Positions 1 to 10,480 of a DNA stretch of 64,000 nucleotides are shown here, piece by piece; the first letter of the stretch is position 1, and every line of letters starts with the position of its first letter. Made by a program: the position numbers and the translations under genes. Source of the DNA: Coleofasciculus sp. B1-GNL1-01. GTDB lineage: Bacteria > Cyanobacteriota > Cyanobacteriia > Cyanobacteriales > Coleofasciculaceae. Below the pieces are notes generated by a model that worked only from the letters and a program-made list of their open reading frames with translations, had not been told where the DNA came from and did no database searches. Where the stretch lies: NCBI GenBank assembly GCA_040220235.1, contig JAVJTO010000157.1; one strand, 5' to 3'.

Positions 1-1658
1 TCCTCGGGCGGTTGCTCCCGTTCGTAGGCTTGAGCCGCGCAAAGTTCCGCCAGTTCCTCGACTTGACCGGCTTTGGTGATTAATTCTTGGAAGCGATGAT
101 CGAATACGACCCGCTGATCGCCAAGTTGCTGCCGTCGGAGTTGGGCAGCACGCTGGTATTCCCTCGCCTGTTCGTACATTGAAATCGCCTGTTCGATTTC
201 TCCCAAACGTTCGTAGAGAAGTCCCGCCATAAAGAAGTCACCGCCTTGCTCGAGCAACTGAGCCTTTTTCCGAGGGTTGGGATGGTCTGGATCGGCAGAA
301 TCCAGGGCAATCAGGGCTTGACCAAAGGCACCGGCTTTCTCAAATAATAAGGATGCGGCAAAATAGTCTTGAGCTTTCTCTGCCTGGAATCCAGCTTCGA
401 GATAATTACCAGCAGCTTCTTCCAACAGGCTCCATTGTTTGAACAGGTCTTTTTCTGATTGTCCCTGAGTCGTTGGCAATTGGGCTTCAAAGGAGGCTCG
501 AACGGTTCGGATTACTTCCGAGAGCAGGTGTTGGGTGCGATCCGCCTCAGAGCGAAGACTTGACTCGGCAGATTTGTTTCGCCATGCTTGCTCTACGGTT
601 CGTAGTAGGCGAACTGCCTCTAAAAAGTCTTGGCGATCAAGATGCCCTCGGACGGTGTTCTCCATTGCCTCTCGGATATCGAGTATCCACTCAGAACGAA
701 TCGCGGGACGGAGTTGGATTGCCAGTTCGAGCTGTCCCATTTGTTGGTAACAGTCGCTGGCGCCCTCGAGGTTGCCAGCTTTTTGAAAGTGTTCTCGGGC
801 ATCGGCATAACTCCCTTGCTCCCAGAACCATGAGGCTACGTTCTCATGGGCTTGGGCAATTGTATCGGGGTCTTTGACACGCTCCGCCAAGTCGAGAACG
901 CGAAGGGCAGTTTCTTTACCTGGAACAGACAGGAGGTAACGGATAGCACTGGCGTAATCTCTGGCTACTTCTGCCAAGTTTGCCGCTTCCTCATAGCGCT
1001 CCATTAGGGCATAAACCTGATGAATTTGAGGCAGTTGGGTGTCCGGAAATTCTGAGAAGAAGGCTTTCCAGGGATGGCTATCCTCAAAGGAATTGTGGTC
1101 TAAATAGGTGGAGAGGATTTCATGGAGTTCGGCTTTAGGGAGACACCCTTGTTCTCGTCGCTTTAGCAACTTCACCAGTAGTCCATTGGTGTCACCAATT
1201 CGGGCAGATTGGACACAGATTAGCTGTTGTATCTCGGTTTGCCGTAACGGGTTTTGCAGTCGCCCCGAAAGCCGCCATGCCGCATCGAGGGCTTGAGCCG
1301 TTGGCGATTGGGCTTTCAGTAGAACCGAGAGCGATCGCTCTTGCCGAAAGCTGGAATTGGGCTGCCACTCCCCAAAGAGCGGGTCAAATTGCACGATGAC
1401 TTGGATGAGTTGTGAGTAATCGCATTGCTCAGCCAGGGATAGGGCTTTGCCATAGGTTTTCCAAGCTTTCTCTTTCGCGCGATCGGAAGGGTTAGCAGTG
1501 GTTAATTGCTTGTGTAGCGTTTGGCAAGTCACTGTCAACTGCTGCTGGGGTGAGCCGAATCCTGGTATTCGTTTCCGCAAAAAGCTGGGCAAAGTTCTGG
1601 TCAGATGTTTGCCTAAAACCTGAAACAACCTCTGTAAGTTTAGGTGCCAATTAAACAT
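1..1658 (-). CDS. Alpha-solenoid/TPR-like repeat protein, 3' end runs off the window
   Basis: Manually translated open frame from ATG at 1658 (MFNWHLNLQRLF...) to the window edge with no stop. It has repeated helical motifs such as A..FEKAG.F..A and AI.MYEQA.EY.RAAQL. Absent from the ORF track because the stop is outside the window. Confidence 0.75.
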   Translation of the reverse strand, partial: MFNWHLNLQRLFQVLGKHLTRTLPSFLRKRIPGFGSPQQQLTVTCQTLHKQLTTANPSDRAKEKAWKTYGKALSLAEQCDYSQLIQVIVQFDPLFGEWQPNSSFRQERSLSVLLKAQSPTAQALDAAWRLSGRLQNPLRQTEIQQLICVQSARIGDTNGLLVKLLKRREQGCLPKAELHEILSTYLDHNSFEDSHPWKAFFSEFPDTQLPQIHQVYALMERYEEAANLAEVARDYASAIRYLLSVPGKETALRVLDLAERVKDPDTIAQAHENVASWFWEQGSYADAREHFQKAGNLEGASDCYQQMGQLELAIQLRPAIRSEWILDIREAMENTVRGHLDRQDFLEAVRLLRTVEQAWRNKSAESSLRSEADRTQHLLSEVIRTVRASFEAQLPTTQGQSEKDLFKQWSLLEEAAGNYLEAGFQAEKAQDYFAASLLFEKAGAFGQALIALDSADPDHPNPRKKAQLLEQGGDFFMAGLLYERLGEIEQAISMYEQAREYQRAAQLRRQQLGDQRVVFDHRFQELITKAGQVEELAELCAAQAYEREQPPE

Positions 1659-2467
1659 CTATGTAAGGATTTAGGTTGAGTGTGCATTATACGACTAAAG
1701 CAGAAGGCTGACGGTTACCAGAAGTTCAGTATAGATATAATATCCTACGTCTACAGGGAGTCAACCGTCAAAAAAGGGGAATTGAGTATCTTAGATTACC
1801 GTTTTTTAGGAAATGATCACTGACGAGAACGACATGAGATCAAGATTTAACACAAATTCCGGCGGAATCGTTTCTCCTGAAAGGGTAGCAGGAGATTCGA
1901 GTCCCTCAACCTCTCGAAGCATGGAAGTGCTGGTACTTTATGCACCTTTGATCGTCCTCAAAACCTTTATTTTTCTGGATTTGGCGAGTTTTGCAGCCAG
2001 CCCTAAGGAGTCGGACTTTCATTCAAGTTAATGGTTGAGGTTAGGGAACTCACGGATTTTTAACAGGGAAACGTAAGGATTGAGCGGCTCCTTAACATTT
2101 CTTAGTACAGCGGCAAGAATTTATGTCCAGGTACTTATTTGAGTAGCTTACCCGTCCCTTCAGCACTCTAGATCGGGTTCGAGACATTCGCTCAACTGGA
2201 CATCTCCTCGAAGCCTAGAGAGGAATTTTATCGGGTTCGCTAGGTGGAAGTTACCTTCTTTTTTGTACGATAGGTTGATAGGACAAGTTATCAACTCTCG
2301 ATGACCCACAGCGGTTCTTTGCCGAATCGTGTTGCTTAATGGCGTTCCCCATACCTGCCGATTGCTCTTAAGCCATTGGGTATTGCGGCAATTTGAATCA
2401 TAAAAGAGGGGAATTGTCAAGAGTTTGTTGCCAAGCTCAAGCTAAACACTGCTTATCGCTTATTTGA

Positions 2468-4519
2468 ATGATCATCAAAACTTCGGTGCTGGCTCACTTA
2501 CTCCAAGCCATGCCCCACCTGAGGCAACAAGTATATTTCAAAGCGTCGTTGACCGCACTCTCCCATGCGATGGAAGATCAGGTCTTAGCTGGTTCGGAGC
2601 AACCGTTGGTGATTGCCTGTTTTCAGCGAGAACGCTTCTATCGTCAGGAAGCCCATCGCTATCGACGCATTGCCCAACGGACACCTCATGTCTATGTCTT
2701 AGCCGCACCAGAAACGGATTTCAAGAATAGCTCAGATCACTACGAAACCGTGGCATTTGATCCGGGCGATGGCTTAAGTCACGAGTGGCATTTAGTGGTG
2801 ATTGGTTCTCACTACGCCAACTGTTTGATCTGCCGAGAAAAACGTTCGTCTTCCTCCAGTAGCGCCAATGGGGAGATGGATACCTCTCGACGTTTTGAGG
2901 GAATTTGGACATTTGACCGGACGGTTAGCGCTAAAGCCGCTGAGTTGATTTTGGATCGCATTGCCACCTATCGACCGGAGTTAGCGGATAAAATCGAGCA
3001 GGCAAAAGCTGAGTATATCAGTTTTGGCTCCACTCAACCCTCAGATCGGAATCTGGGAGACTCACCCAATCCTGATCCATTTGTGCATCGGTTGGTGACT
3101 TACTTACAAGCGGGTCAGTATAAACTCCTGAAAGCCTATCGCTCGATCACGGCTCAAGAACAACGCGAGCGTTTGGTGAATTCGATTACCACGGCGATTC
3201 GGCGATCGCTCGATCCTCATGAAGTTCTAGAAATCGCGGTGCAAGAGTTAGGACGCGCCATGGGTTCCTGTCGCTGTCTACTTTACCGCTGTAAAGCCAC
3301 GGATACTCAAGCCACGATTACCCATGAGTACCTAGAAACTCAAGGGCGCGATCGCACGATCCTCTGTTCTACTCTAGGTAGTCCTTGGCCCCTAAAAGAC
3401 AATACTCTGTTTCAAGCGATTGTCGAACATCAAGAGTCCATTTCCGTAGAAGACACCCAACATGATCCTCGGCTGAATCAGACATCCAGTAAAAATGCAA
3501 ATTCCCCGTCTTCTAAATTAAAGGAATTGGTGCAAACCTTTGGTATGCGATCGTGGCTGATGGTTCCGGTATTGTATCAGGGTCGATTATTGGGGATGGT
3601 TGAGTTACACCATTGCGGCGAAACCCCTTATCGGTGGAAGGATGAAGAACTCGCCCTCGTGGAAGCGATCGCAACTCAAGTGGGTGTCGCCTTAATCCAA
3701 GCGGAAGCTTACGCGAATTTGCAAGATTTGAACCAACAACTCGCCGCCCTTGACCGGACTCGTAGTAACTTAGTGGCAATCACGGGTCATGAACTCCGTA
3801 CCCCCCTGTCCACAATTCAGGTGTGCCTAGAAAGTCTCGCCAGCGAACCGGATATGTCACCGGAATTGCGTCAGGTGATGCTGAATACCGCCCTTGACGA
3901 CGCTGAACGCCTGCGGAAACTGGTGCAAGACTTTCTCACCCTCTCGCGCCTGGAAAGTGGTCGTGTGGAATGGAATGTCGAAGCCCTTTCTCTACAAGAA
4001 TGTGTTGATTTAGCCCTCAGCCGGATCAACGTCCATTGGTCAGAGGATCGACGACCGAACATTATCACTCAAGTTCCCACAGATCTGCCCTTAGTCCAAG
4101 CCGATGGCGAGTGGCTGGTGGAAACCCTTGCCAAATTGTTAGACAATGCCTGCAAATTTACGTCTCCCCAAGGAGAAATCACGATTGGGATTGAAACCAA
4201 TGGAAATTCGATGTTAAAAGTGACTGTCGCCGATACCGGGCGAGGGATTGAACCGAATCGCCTAGAGGATGTCTTTGATCGCTTTTATCAAGAAGAAGGG
4301 GCGCTGCGACGGACTACAGGCGGCACAGGCTTAGGTCTAGCAATTTGTCGCCAAATTGTCAAGGGATGGGGCGGTAAAATTTGGGCAGACTCAGCGGGTA
4401 AAGATCAGGGGTCTCAGTTTCACTTTACGGTGCCAATGATTGCGCCAACCTCAGATTCTCAGTCCTCTAAAGGAAAGGGAAAAGGTAGTCGTAAGGGGTC
4501 AAGAGTTAAGCGCAAGTGA
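2468..4519 (+). CDS. DICT-GAF sensor histidine kinase (Hik2-like)
   Basis: N-terminal DICT (YFKASLTALSHAMED, FQRERFY), a GAF domain, H-box GHELRTPL and HATPase motifs (DTGRGI, GGTGLGL). Confidence 0.88.
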   Translation: MIIKTSVLAHLLQAMPHLRQQVYFKASLTALSHAMEDQVLAGSEQPLVIACFQRERFYRQEAHRYRRIAQRTPHVYVLAAPETDFKNSSDHYETVAFDPGDGLSHEWHLVVIGSHYANCLICREKRSSSSSSANGEMDTSRRFEGIWTFDRTVSAKAAELILDRIATYRPELADKIEQAKAEYISFGSTQPSDRNLGDSPNPDPFVHRLVTYLQAGQYKLLKAYRSITAQEQRERLVNSITTAIRRSLDPHEVLEIAVQELGRAMGSCRCLLYRCKATDTQATITHEYLETQGRDRTILCSTLGSPWPLKDNTLFQAIVEHQESISVEDTQHDPRLNQTSSKNANSPSSKLKELVQTFGMRSWLMVPVLYQGRLLGMVELHHCGETPYRWKDEELALVEAIATQVGVALIQAEAYANLQDLNQQLAALDRTRSNLVAITGHELRTPLSTIQVCLESLASEPDMSPELRQVMLNTALDDAERLRKLVQDFLTLSRLESGRVEWNVEALSLQECVDLALSRINVHWSEDRRPNIITQVPTDLPLVQADGEWLVETLAKLLDNACKFTSPQGEITIGIETNGNSMLKVTVADTGRGIEPNRLEDVFDRFYQEEGALRRTTGGTGLGLAICRQIVKGWGGKIWADSAGKDQGSQFHFTVPMIAPTSDSQSSKGKGKGSRKGSRVKRK

Positions 4520-4689
4520 ATTGAGGATTACGCGGTCAGATCAAGTTCATTCGTATGAATTATATTTTGTTAACGCAGAGTACGCAGAGGATACCGCTCC
4601 AGGTACGCAGAGGAATTGAGCGGACTTGAATGAAAATTTTAGAGAATTTGGAAACAACTGGAAATGAGAGGAGCCATCCCTATTTTTCC

Positions 4690-5007
4690 TTAAATTTTAT
4701 AGCAGGGATTGTTTTTGACGATGGGCGTTTGGACTTCGTTCATCCAGGAATAATCCCAATCGGGTTCGGATTGTTCAGTTAGGGACACCATATCGCCCTG
4801 ATAGTTTTGATTGATTTGAATGGCTTTAGAGTGCAAATGTTCTGGGACATAGCACAAATCAACGGGCAATCCATGTGCCACCATAAATTCTGCTAATTGC
4901 TCAGAATTAATGTAGATGCCTTCTCGATGGAGGCGTTGTAATATTTCCGTAAATGTGTGCCAGCGCTGATCCGTTCTTGGTTGAGATGGTAAGGGTGTGG
5001 GTAACAT
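4690..5007 (-). CDS. Hypothetical protein
   Basis: 105-aa ATG-started ORF filling the intergenic gap, with plausible composition. Confidence 0.7.
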   Translation of the reverse strand: MLPTPLPSQPRTDQRWHTFTEILQRLHREGIYINSEQLAEFMVAHGLPVDLCYVPEHLHSKAIQINQNYQGDMVSLTEQSEPDWDYSWMNEVQTPIVKNNPCYKI

Positions 5008-5282
5008 ACTAGGCTAGAGCGTCAGTTCAATCTTGAAGAATCATCCCAGAAATAAGCCATCAGGTAGACGGTTCCAGAGGAACATCTATGGGAAGGTTGG
5101 GTAGCTAATGGTATCATTTATCGGCTGAGTCTACTGAGTCTTGGTTTTCTACAGAGCCTAACCCAGACGCGATCGCGCCTATCACAACACCACCAAAACT
5201 GTTCCCCTACTGCTGAGCTTACCTATCGGTGATCTGTGATGAATCCAACGAAACAGAATTATTTTCCAGGAGGATAATCTTC

Positions 5283-5813
5283 ATGATAACAGGCAAAATA
5301 AATGTCATTGAAGGCGATATCACTCAGTTAACCGTTGATGCGATTGTCAATGCGGCAAACACCTCTCTCCTCGGTGGTGGTGGTGTGGATGGGGCGATTC
5401 ATCGGGCGGCTGGACCCGGTTTGTTGGCAGAATGTCGAGGGTTGAATGGCTGTGAAACGGGTGATGCTAAAATTACTCAGGGTTACAATCTTCCGGCTGA
5501 TTGGGTGATTCATACCGTGGGACTTGTCTGGCGGGATGGTAATCATGGCGAGGATGCTTTGTTAGCGAGTTGTTATTATCGGAGTTTAGAATTAGCTGAG
5601 CAAAATAATATTCGCAGTATTGCTTTTCCGGCAATTAGTACGGGCGCTTATGGGTTTCCGCCAGAACGGGCTGCCAGAATAGCTGTAGGTACAGTTAAGC
5701 AGGTTTTAGCAGAAAAGACAACTATCGAACAAGTGATTTTTGTTTGTTTCTCTACGCAATCCTATAATCACCATCGGCAAGCCGTGCAGGACATTATCAC
5801 AAATAAGGGATAA
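5283..5813 (+). CDS. Macro-domain O-acetyl-ADP-ribose deacetylase (YmdB-like)
   Basis: [21 protein letters not shown] and [13 protein letters not shown] motifs. AGGAGG RBS supports the ATG at 5283. Confidence 0.93.
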   Translation: MITGKINVIEGDITQLTVDAIVNAANTSLLGGGGVDGAIHRAAGPGLLAECRGLNGCETGDAKITQGYNLPADWVIHTVGLVWRDGNHGEDALLASCYYRSLELAEQNNIRSIAFPAISTGAYGFPPERAARIAVGTVKQVLAEKTTIEQVIFVCFSTQSYNHHRQAVQDIITNKG

Positions 5814-5816
5814 CGA

Positions 5817-7172
5817 GTGATTTCAATAGCTCTAATTCAACTCAGTTTAACTGCCATTCTTGCCTTCTATGTCGCTTGGAATCTAGGCGCTAATGATGTG
5901 GCGAATTCCATGGGAACGTCAGTTGGCTCAAAAGCGGTTACGCTACGACAAGCGCTAATTATTGCAGGAATTTTGGAGTTTACGGGTGCGGTTTTATTTG
6001 GTCAAGGGGTGGCGACAACGTTAGCCACGCGAGTGATTGATCCGACGTTATTTGCCCAAACGCCACAGGTGTTATTACTGGGGATGATGTCTGTATTACT
6101 CGCTTGTGGGTTATGGTTACAAATTGCCACCAGTCTGGGGTTACCTGTCGCCTCATCCCATGCTGTAGTTGGCGCGATCGCCGGATTTTGTTGGGTGGCG
6201 ATTGGGGTGCAGGCGGTAGATTGGGGAACCTTGGGGCGTATTTCGTTAACTTGGATTATTACGCCTGTTGTTAGTGGTAGTTTAGCCGCCGTATTTTATA
6301 GTATTATCAATACCTCAATTTTAAGGCAAAGGAATCCGATGGTTCAGTTCCGGGAATGGATTCCTTGGCTAAGTGCTATTCTTTTGAGTATCTTTGGCGC
6401 GATTGTTATGCCAAGTTTATTTAATCGTCCTCTATTTTATGCCTTGCCAATTCCTACCCATGATTTACCAATTATTACGGTTTCAGTGGCGGCTATTGTC
6501 CTGAGTCTGATTAGTTGGCGTCAGTTGGAACGTAGCCCTTTAATTCTACCTGTTAATCCTGAAGAATCAACAGATAAGGATATTCGCCTCTGGGAAACTG
6601 GAGAAGCAGAAATTGAAGCTAATATTGCCCCACCCCCTAATGCTGTGTCTCCCTTTCCCTCACCAATTGAGCAACAACTGGCACGGTTTCAAGTTCTCAG
6701 CGCTTGTTTTGTAGCATTTGCTCACGGTTCCAACGATGTCGGGAATGCGATCGCTCCCTTAGCGGCGATCGCGTATATTATTGCTACGGGTACGGTTCCC
6801 CTCACGGCGTTTGATATTCCGTTGTGGATTCTCATCATTGGTGGTGCTGGTATCGTTGCAGGGTTAGCTGTTTGGGGTAAAAAGGTGATTACTACCGTTG
6901 GGGAAAATATTATCCCGTTGCAACCTAGTAGTGGATTCTGTGCCGAAATTGCCACGGCGACAACTGTTTTACTCGCCTCCCGCTTCGGTTTTCCGGTTTC
7001 AACGTCTCACGCTTTAGTGGGTGGTATTGTTGGCATTGGATTGATTCAGAATTGGCGCACAGTTCGCTTTCAAACCCTTAAATCGATTGCTCTGGCTTGG
7101 TTGATTACGCTACCTGTAGCCGCTAGTTTAGGGGCGATTATTTTTATTAGTTTACGTGGGATTTTTCTTTAG
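5817..7172 (+). CDS. PiT-family inorganic phosphate transporter
   Basis: Two PHO4 signatures (GANDVANS, HGSNDVGNA), multiple TM segments, PVSTSH motif. Confidence 0.93.
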   Translation: MISIALIQLSLTAILAFYVAWNLGANDVANSMGTSVGSKAVTLRQALIIAGILEFTGAVLFGQGVATTLATRVIDPTLFAQTPQVLLLGMMSVLLACGLWLQIATSLGLPVASSHAVVGAIAGFCWVAIGVQAVDWGTLGRISLTWIITPVVSGSLAAVFYSIINTSILRQRNPMVQFREWIPWLSAILLSIFGAIVMPSLFNRPLFYALPIPTHDLPIITVSVAAIVLSLISWRQLERSPLILPVNPEESTDKDIRLWETGEAEIEANIAPPPNAVSPFPSPIEQQLARFQVLSACFVAFAHGSNDVGNAIAPLAAIAYIIATGTVPLTAFDIPLWILIIGGAGIVAGLAVWGKKVITTVGENIIPLQPSSGFCAEIATATTVLLASRFGFPVSTSHALVGGIVGIGLIQNWRTVRFQTLKSIALAWLITLPVAASLGAIIFISLRGIFL

Positions 7173-7183
7173 GCTCTTAAACA

Positions 7184-7249
7184 AGGGCGGGTTTTGTTGC
7201 TCATTTATCGGTTCTTCATTAGCGTTAGTCCCTAAACCCGCCCCTACAA
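7184..7249 (+). repeat. REP-like element (AGGGCGGGTTT...AAACCCGCCCCTACAA)
   Basis: Inverted arms, same family as 32766-32963, 41536-41604, 46705-46778 and 54604-54618. Lies between convergent genes. Confidence 0.85.
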
Positions 7250-7283
7250 TTGACCATTTGATTGACTTGATTCGAGAGAATGC

Positions 7284-7901
7284 TTATTTATTAAATTTTT
7301 CGGCGATATAACCAATCCGATCAACAATATCGGCAACCTTACTAATGTAATAATTATTTTCGTTAACCGATAGTGTCAAGTTTTCTAGCAATAAAAACGA
7401 CCAGACTTCCCCATCGGTGATAATGCCGTAGACTTGATCTTGCTGGAACTTCTTGAGAGTGGCATACATTTCAGCGACACATTGCCCTAACCCATCAGAT
7501 AGACTGCTTTTTTTTACTTCAACCACTGAAATAATCGGCGAGATAAAATCAATCTCATCAAGACTTAAAGCGCAATCGTATTTACCATTTAAAGGGTGAG
7601 GCAAACCCGGTGTTTCCTCTGGATTAATATCAACGGGTGGTTCAAAAAAGATACCGAGATTATAAGTGTCGCTAGCTTCCCACAAAATGTGAGATACTAA
7701 GAGGCTGCCTCGGGTTGCTTCGTTATCCGATTTGGACAGGCTAATGCGAGACTTCATCTTTTTCACGGCTACCTGCAAATCAGGATAAGACTGATCTGTG
7801 GGGTGAAAGTTGTTAAATAAATTAGCGTCTTTCAATAGCGTGATATTAAAGATAGCTTTTAATTCAGCGGCTGAGTATTTTCTATAGTCACCAAAAGACA
7901 T
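7284..7901 (-). CDS. PD-(D/E)XK restriction-endonuclease-like protein (HsdR-N-like cyanobacterial family)
   Basis: GKYD...VVEVKK...GLGQCVAEM...YGIITDGEVWSF pattern. Confidence 0.7.
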   Translation of the reverse strand: MSFGDYRKYSAAELKAIFNITLLKDANLFNNFHPTDQSYPDLQVAVKKMKSRISLSKSDNEATRGSLLVSHILWEASDTYNLGIFFEPPVDINPEETPGLPHPLNGKYDCALSLDEIDFISPIISVVEVKKSSLSDGLGQCVAEMYATLKKFQQDQVYGIITDGEVWSFLLLENLTLSVNENNYYISKVADIVDRIGYIAEKFNK

Positions 7902-8173
7902 AATGTGCCTTCAGAATTAGGTAAAAATAGCGATTTGTCCTGTACAGGTAACGGTTGTACTATGATAACGTTTGTGCGATCGCTCACCAAATTCGCGGTT
8001 CAGTGAGTTCCTGTTGCCGATAGCGATCGCCTTCTAACCAAAATACCCGCAATTCGTCAGTATAGCGGTCGAAGACGATGTAGTAGGGAATGCTCTTTTC
8101 AAGTTGTGGGCTATGCCCGATGCAATCTCACGGCGCTTCTTCAGGAGTTTTGAAGGTTTTGCAGCTATTTACC

Positions 8174-9394
8174 TTAAGCTAAATTCAGAACCGACCATGT
8201 CACCGCCCCCACAATCCCATCTGCTGTCATTCCTTTTGAGCGCTGAAACGCAATAACGGCGGCTTTTGTCTTGGGACCATAGATCCCATCAGCAGGACCT
8301 GGATCAAAGCCTTCTTGCTGCAAAATCTCTTGGACTTGCTTCACTTGGGGACTCACGGAACCTTCCTGGAGTGGTAAAAAAGGCTCTAACGGTTGATTGC
8401 GCCATTTTTGGGAAAACTCCACCAATGTCGCCTGAGGCAGTTGTGCTTGTAACCACTGAATGGCTTGGGTTTGATGGGGGAGTTCCCGGTAATATTTATA
8501 GGTATCGAGGAGTTGAACTTGGGTGAAAGGGGTTTGTGGATTCAACGGTGTACTTCCCCCCGGTGTTGTATCCGGCGCCGTCGGAGTCCCAGTGTCGGTG
8601 GGAGGTGGCTGTGTCGGTTGAGACACCCGTTCTAAAACCTTCCACGTATTCGGTCCGACCAAACCATCGGGTTCTAACCCATAAAACTTTTGGAACAAAA
8701 CCACCGCATCTTCAGTACCCGCGCCAAAAATACCATCAATTGGACCCGGATTAAACCCTTGAGCGCTGAGAATTTGCTGGAGTTCCTTCACTCGTAGTCC
8801 GGTGTCTCCTTCCCGCAAAACTTCGATGAAAGATGCTCCTAATCGCTGACGGACTTCCTGGCGTAAGCGAGGTAATTGACTATATAACCAATCTCCCGGA
8901 CATTGAGTGGGAGAAAAGTCACGATGTCCGAGAATATTATCCGGGCTAATTTTAGTCGTTGAGCAAATCGAGGCGCATAATTCAACCAAACTATCCCACT
9001 GTTTGGCATTCATTTGATAGGTGATAAACGTTCCTTCATTTTCAATACCTGGCGACTGATTCCCTTTATTACTACCCGCATGGGATGAACGCACACTGCG
9101 TCCTTGTTTAGCCGCCGTCAGACTTCCATGTCTACCTTCTAGCAAATATCCGCCCGTCGTGTTTAAAAAATTGTGACCGGAATCAATCCAGCCAAAGCCA
9201 TCCGTATGGGCTGTTTGAATGCTGCGGGCGAAGGTTTTGGCTCCCGTTAATGTCCCTCTAGAGACATCATTGGGGGGATTAGGAGTCGCCGTATGATGAA
9301 TGATAATATATTGCGGTCTCGTTTGGGGGGGCCACTGTTTTGGGGGTCTAGCGCCCCATTCGTTCGTTGAAATAACACTCGCTGTAAATGCCAT
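8174..9394 (-). CDS. N-acetylmuramoyl-L-alanine amidase (Amidase_2/PGRP-like) with two PG_binding_1 domains
   Basis: WGAR, IIHHT and GHRDF...CPG Zn ligands, plus two LQ..L...GF.PG..DGI.G..T..AV..FQ...G...DG.VG..TW repeats. Confidence 0.9.
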   Translation of the reverse strand: MAFTASVISTNEWGARPPKQWPPQTRPQYIIIHHTATPNPPNDVSRGTLTGAKTFARSIQTAHTDGFGWIDSGHNFLNTTGGYLLEGRHGSLTAAKQGRSVRSSHAGSNKGNQSPGIENEGTFITYQMNAKQWDSLVELCASICSTTKISPDNILGHRDFSPTQCPGDWLYSQLPRLRQEVRQRLGASFIEVLREGDTGLRVKELQQILSAQGFNPGPIDGIFGAGTEDAVVLFQKFYGLEPDGLVGPNTWKVLERVSQPTQPPPTDTGTPTAPDTTPGGSTPLNPQTPFTQVQLLDTYKYYRELPHQTQAIQWLQAQLPQATLVEFSQKWRNQPLEPFLPLQEGSVSPQVKQVQEILQQEGFDPGPADGIYGPKTKAAVIAFQRSKGMTADGIVGAVTWSVLNLA

Positions 9395-9548
9395 ATCGAT
9401 TCGCCCTCCATTCAATTTAAATCAGCCGTGAGTTGACTCAAACCAATCTGATTTGTTCTGATTCTACCTAATCCCTGCTCAGTAGAATGCGTTATCTTTT
9501 ATTGATATTTGCTATTCTACGTTCGGGTTGACACACTTGGAACGCAAA

Positions 9549-10400
9549 ATGACACCAGCACGGCAAACTGTATCCTTACCTGGAATCCAACTGTCTTATC
9601 TGGAGTGGAAGCAAGGTTCAGAACCCTTATTACTGCTCCATGGTTTAGCGGATCACGCTTTAGTGTGGTCGAGTTTAGCAGAGTATCTAGCTGAGAGCTA
9701 TCATATCATCGCTCCCGATATGCGCGGTCATGGGGAGAGTAGTAAGCCCGAAGATGATTATACCTTTGCCAGTGCGATCGCGGACTTAGAAGCCCTCATG
9801 GATTACTTGGGATGGTCATCAGCTCATATTATCGGACATTCCTGGACAGGTAAATTAGCGCCGATTTGGGCAAAACAGCATCCCGAACGGTTTTGCAGCA
9901 TGATTCTGGTTGATCCGATTTTTATCTGGAAAATGCCTAGTCTGCTCAAGGTTACATTCCCTTTGTTATACCGGGTTTTGCCGTTTCTCAAAGGAATGGG
10001 TCCGTTTGAGAGTTATGAAGACGCCGAACAGAAAGTGCGTCAGTTAAGTCAATATCAAGATTGGACGCCATTACAGCAGCAAGTTTTTCAAGCCAGTATT
10101 GAGCAGAAACCCGATGGTTCTTGGGGGAGTAAGTTTACCGTGGCTGCCCGTGATGGTACGTTTGAAGATGTGATGCTCGTCGCCGGATTAACGGTTCCGA
10201 TTCATATCCCTACCCTGTTTGTGCAACCGGAAAAAGGAGTGAATCGCCAAGACTGGCAACTGAAACCCTATAAAACCTATTTAAAAAATTTACAAGTTCG
10301 TCAGGTTCCTGGTAATCATTGGCCCTTTTTGGTCGCGCCAGAGGAGTTTAACCAAGCAGTAGCAGCATTTTTAGAGCAACATCGAAAAGCTAACGTTTAA
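9549..10400 (+). CDS. Alpha/beta hydrolase
   Basis: LLHG, PDMRGHGES, GHSWTG nucleophile elbow and C-terminal GNH. Confidence 0.9.
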   Translation: MTPARQTVSLPGIQLSYLEWKQGSEPLLLLHGLADHALVWSSLAEYLAESYHIIAPDMRGHGESSKPEDDYTFASAIADLEALMDYLGWSSAHIIGHSWTGKLAPIWAKQHPERFCSMILVDPIFIWKMPSLLKVTFPLLYRVLPFLKGMGPFESYEDAEQKVRQLSQYQDWTPLQQQVFQASIEQKPDGSWGSKFTVAARDGTFEDVMLVAGLTVPIHIPTLFVQPEKGVNRQDWQLKPYKTYLKNLQVRQVPGNHWPFLVAPEEFNQAVAAFLEQHRKANV

Positions 10401-10480
10401 CCAGATTGATATTCATCTTCAATAAATAACCTGCACTCTCATTCACGATACATTCTTAATGAGAGTCACAAACTGCCAAC

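Noticed and set aside
80..1296. Short ORFs in the track (80, 473, 535, 620, 630, 1108)
   Set aside because: They are shadows of the long minus-strand frame 1..1658.
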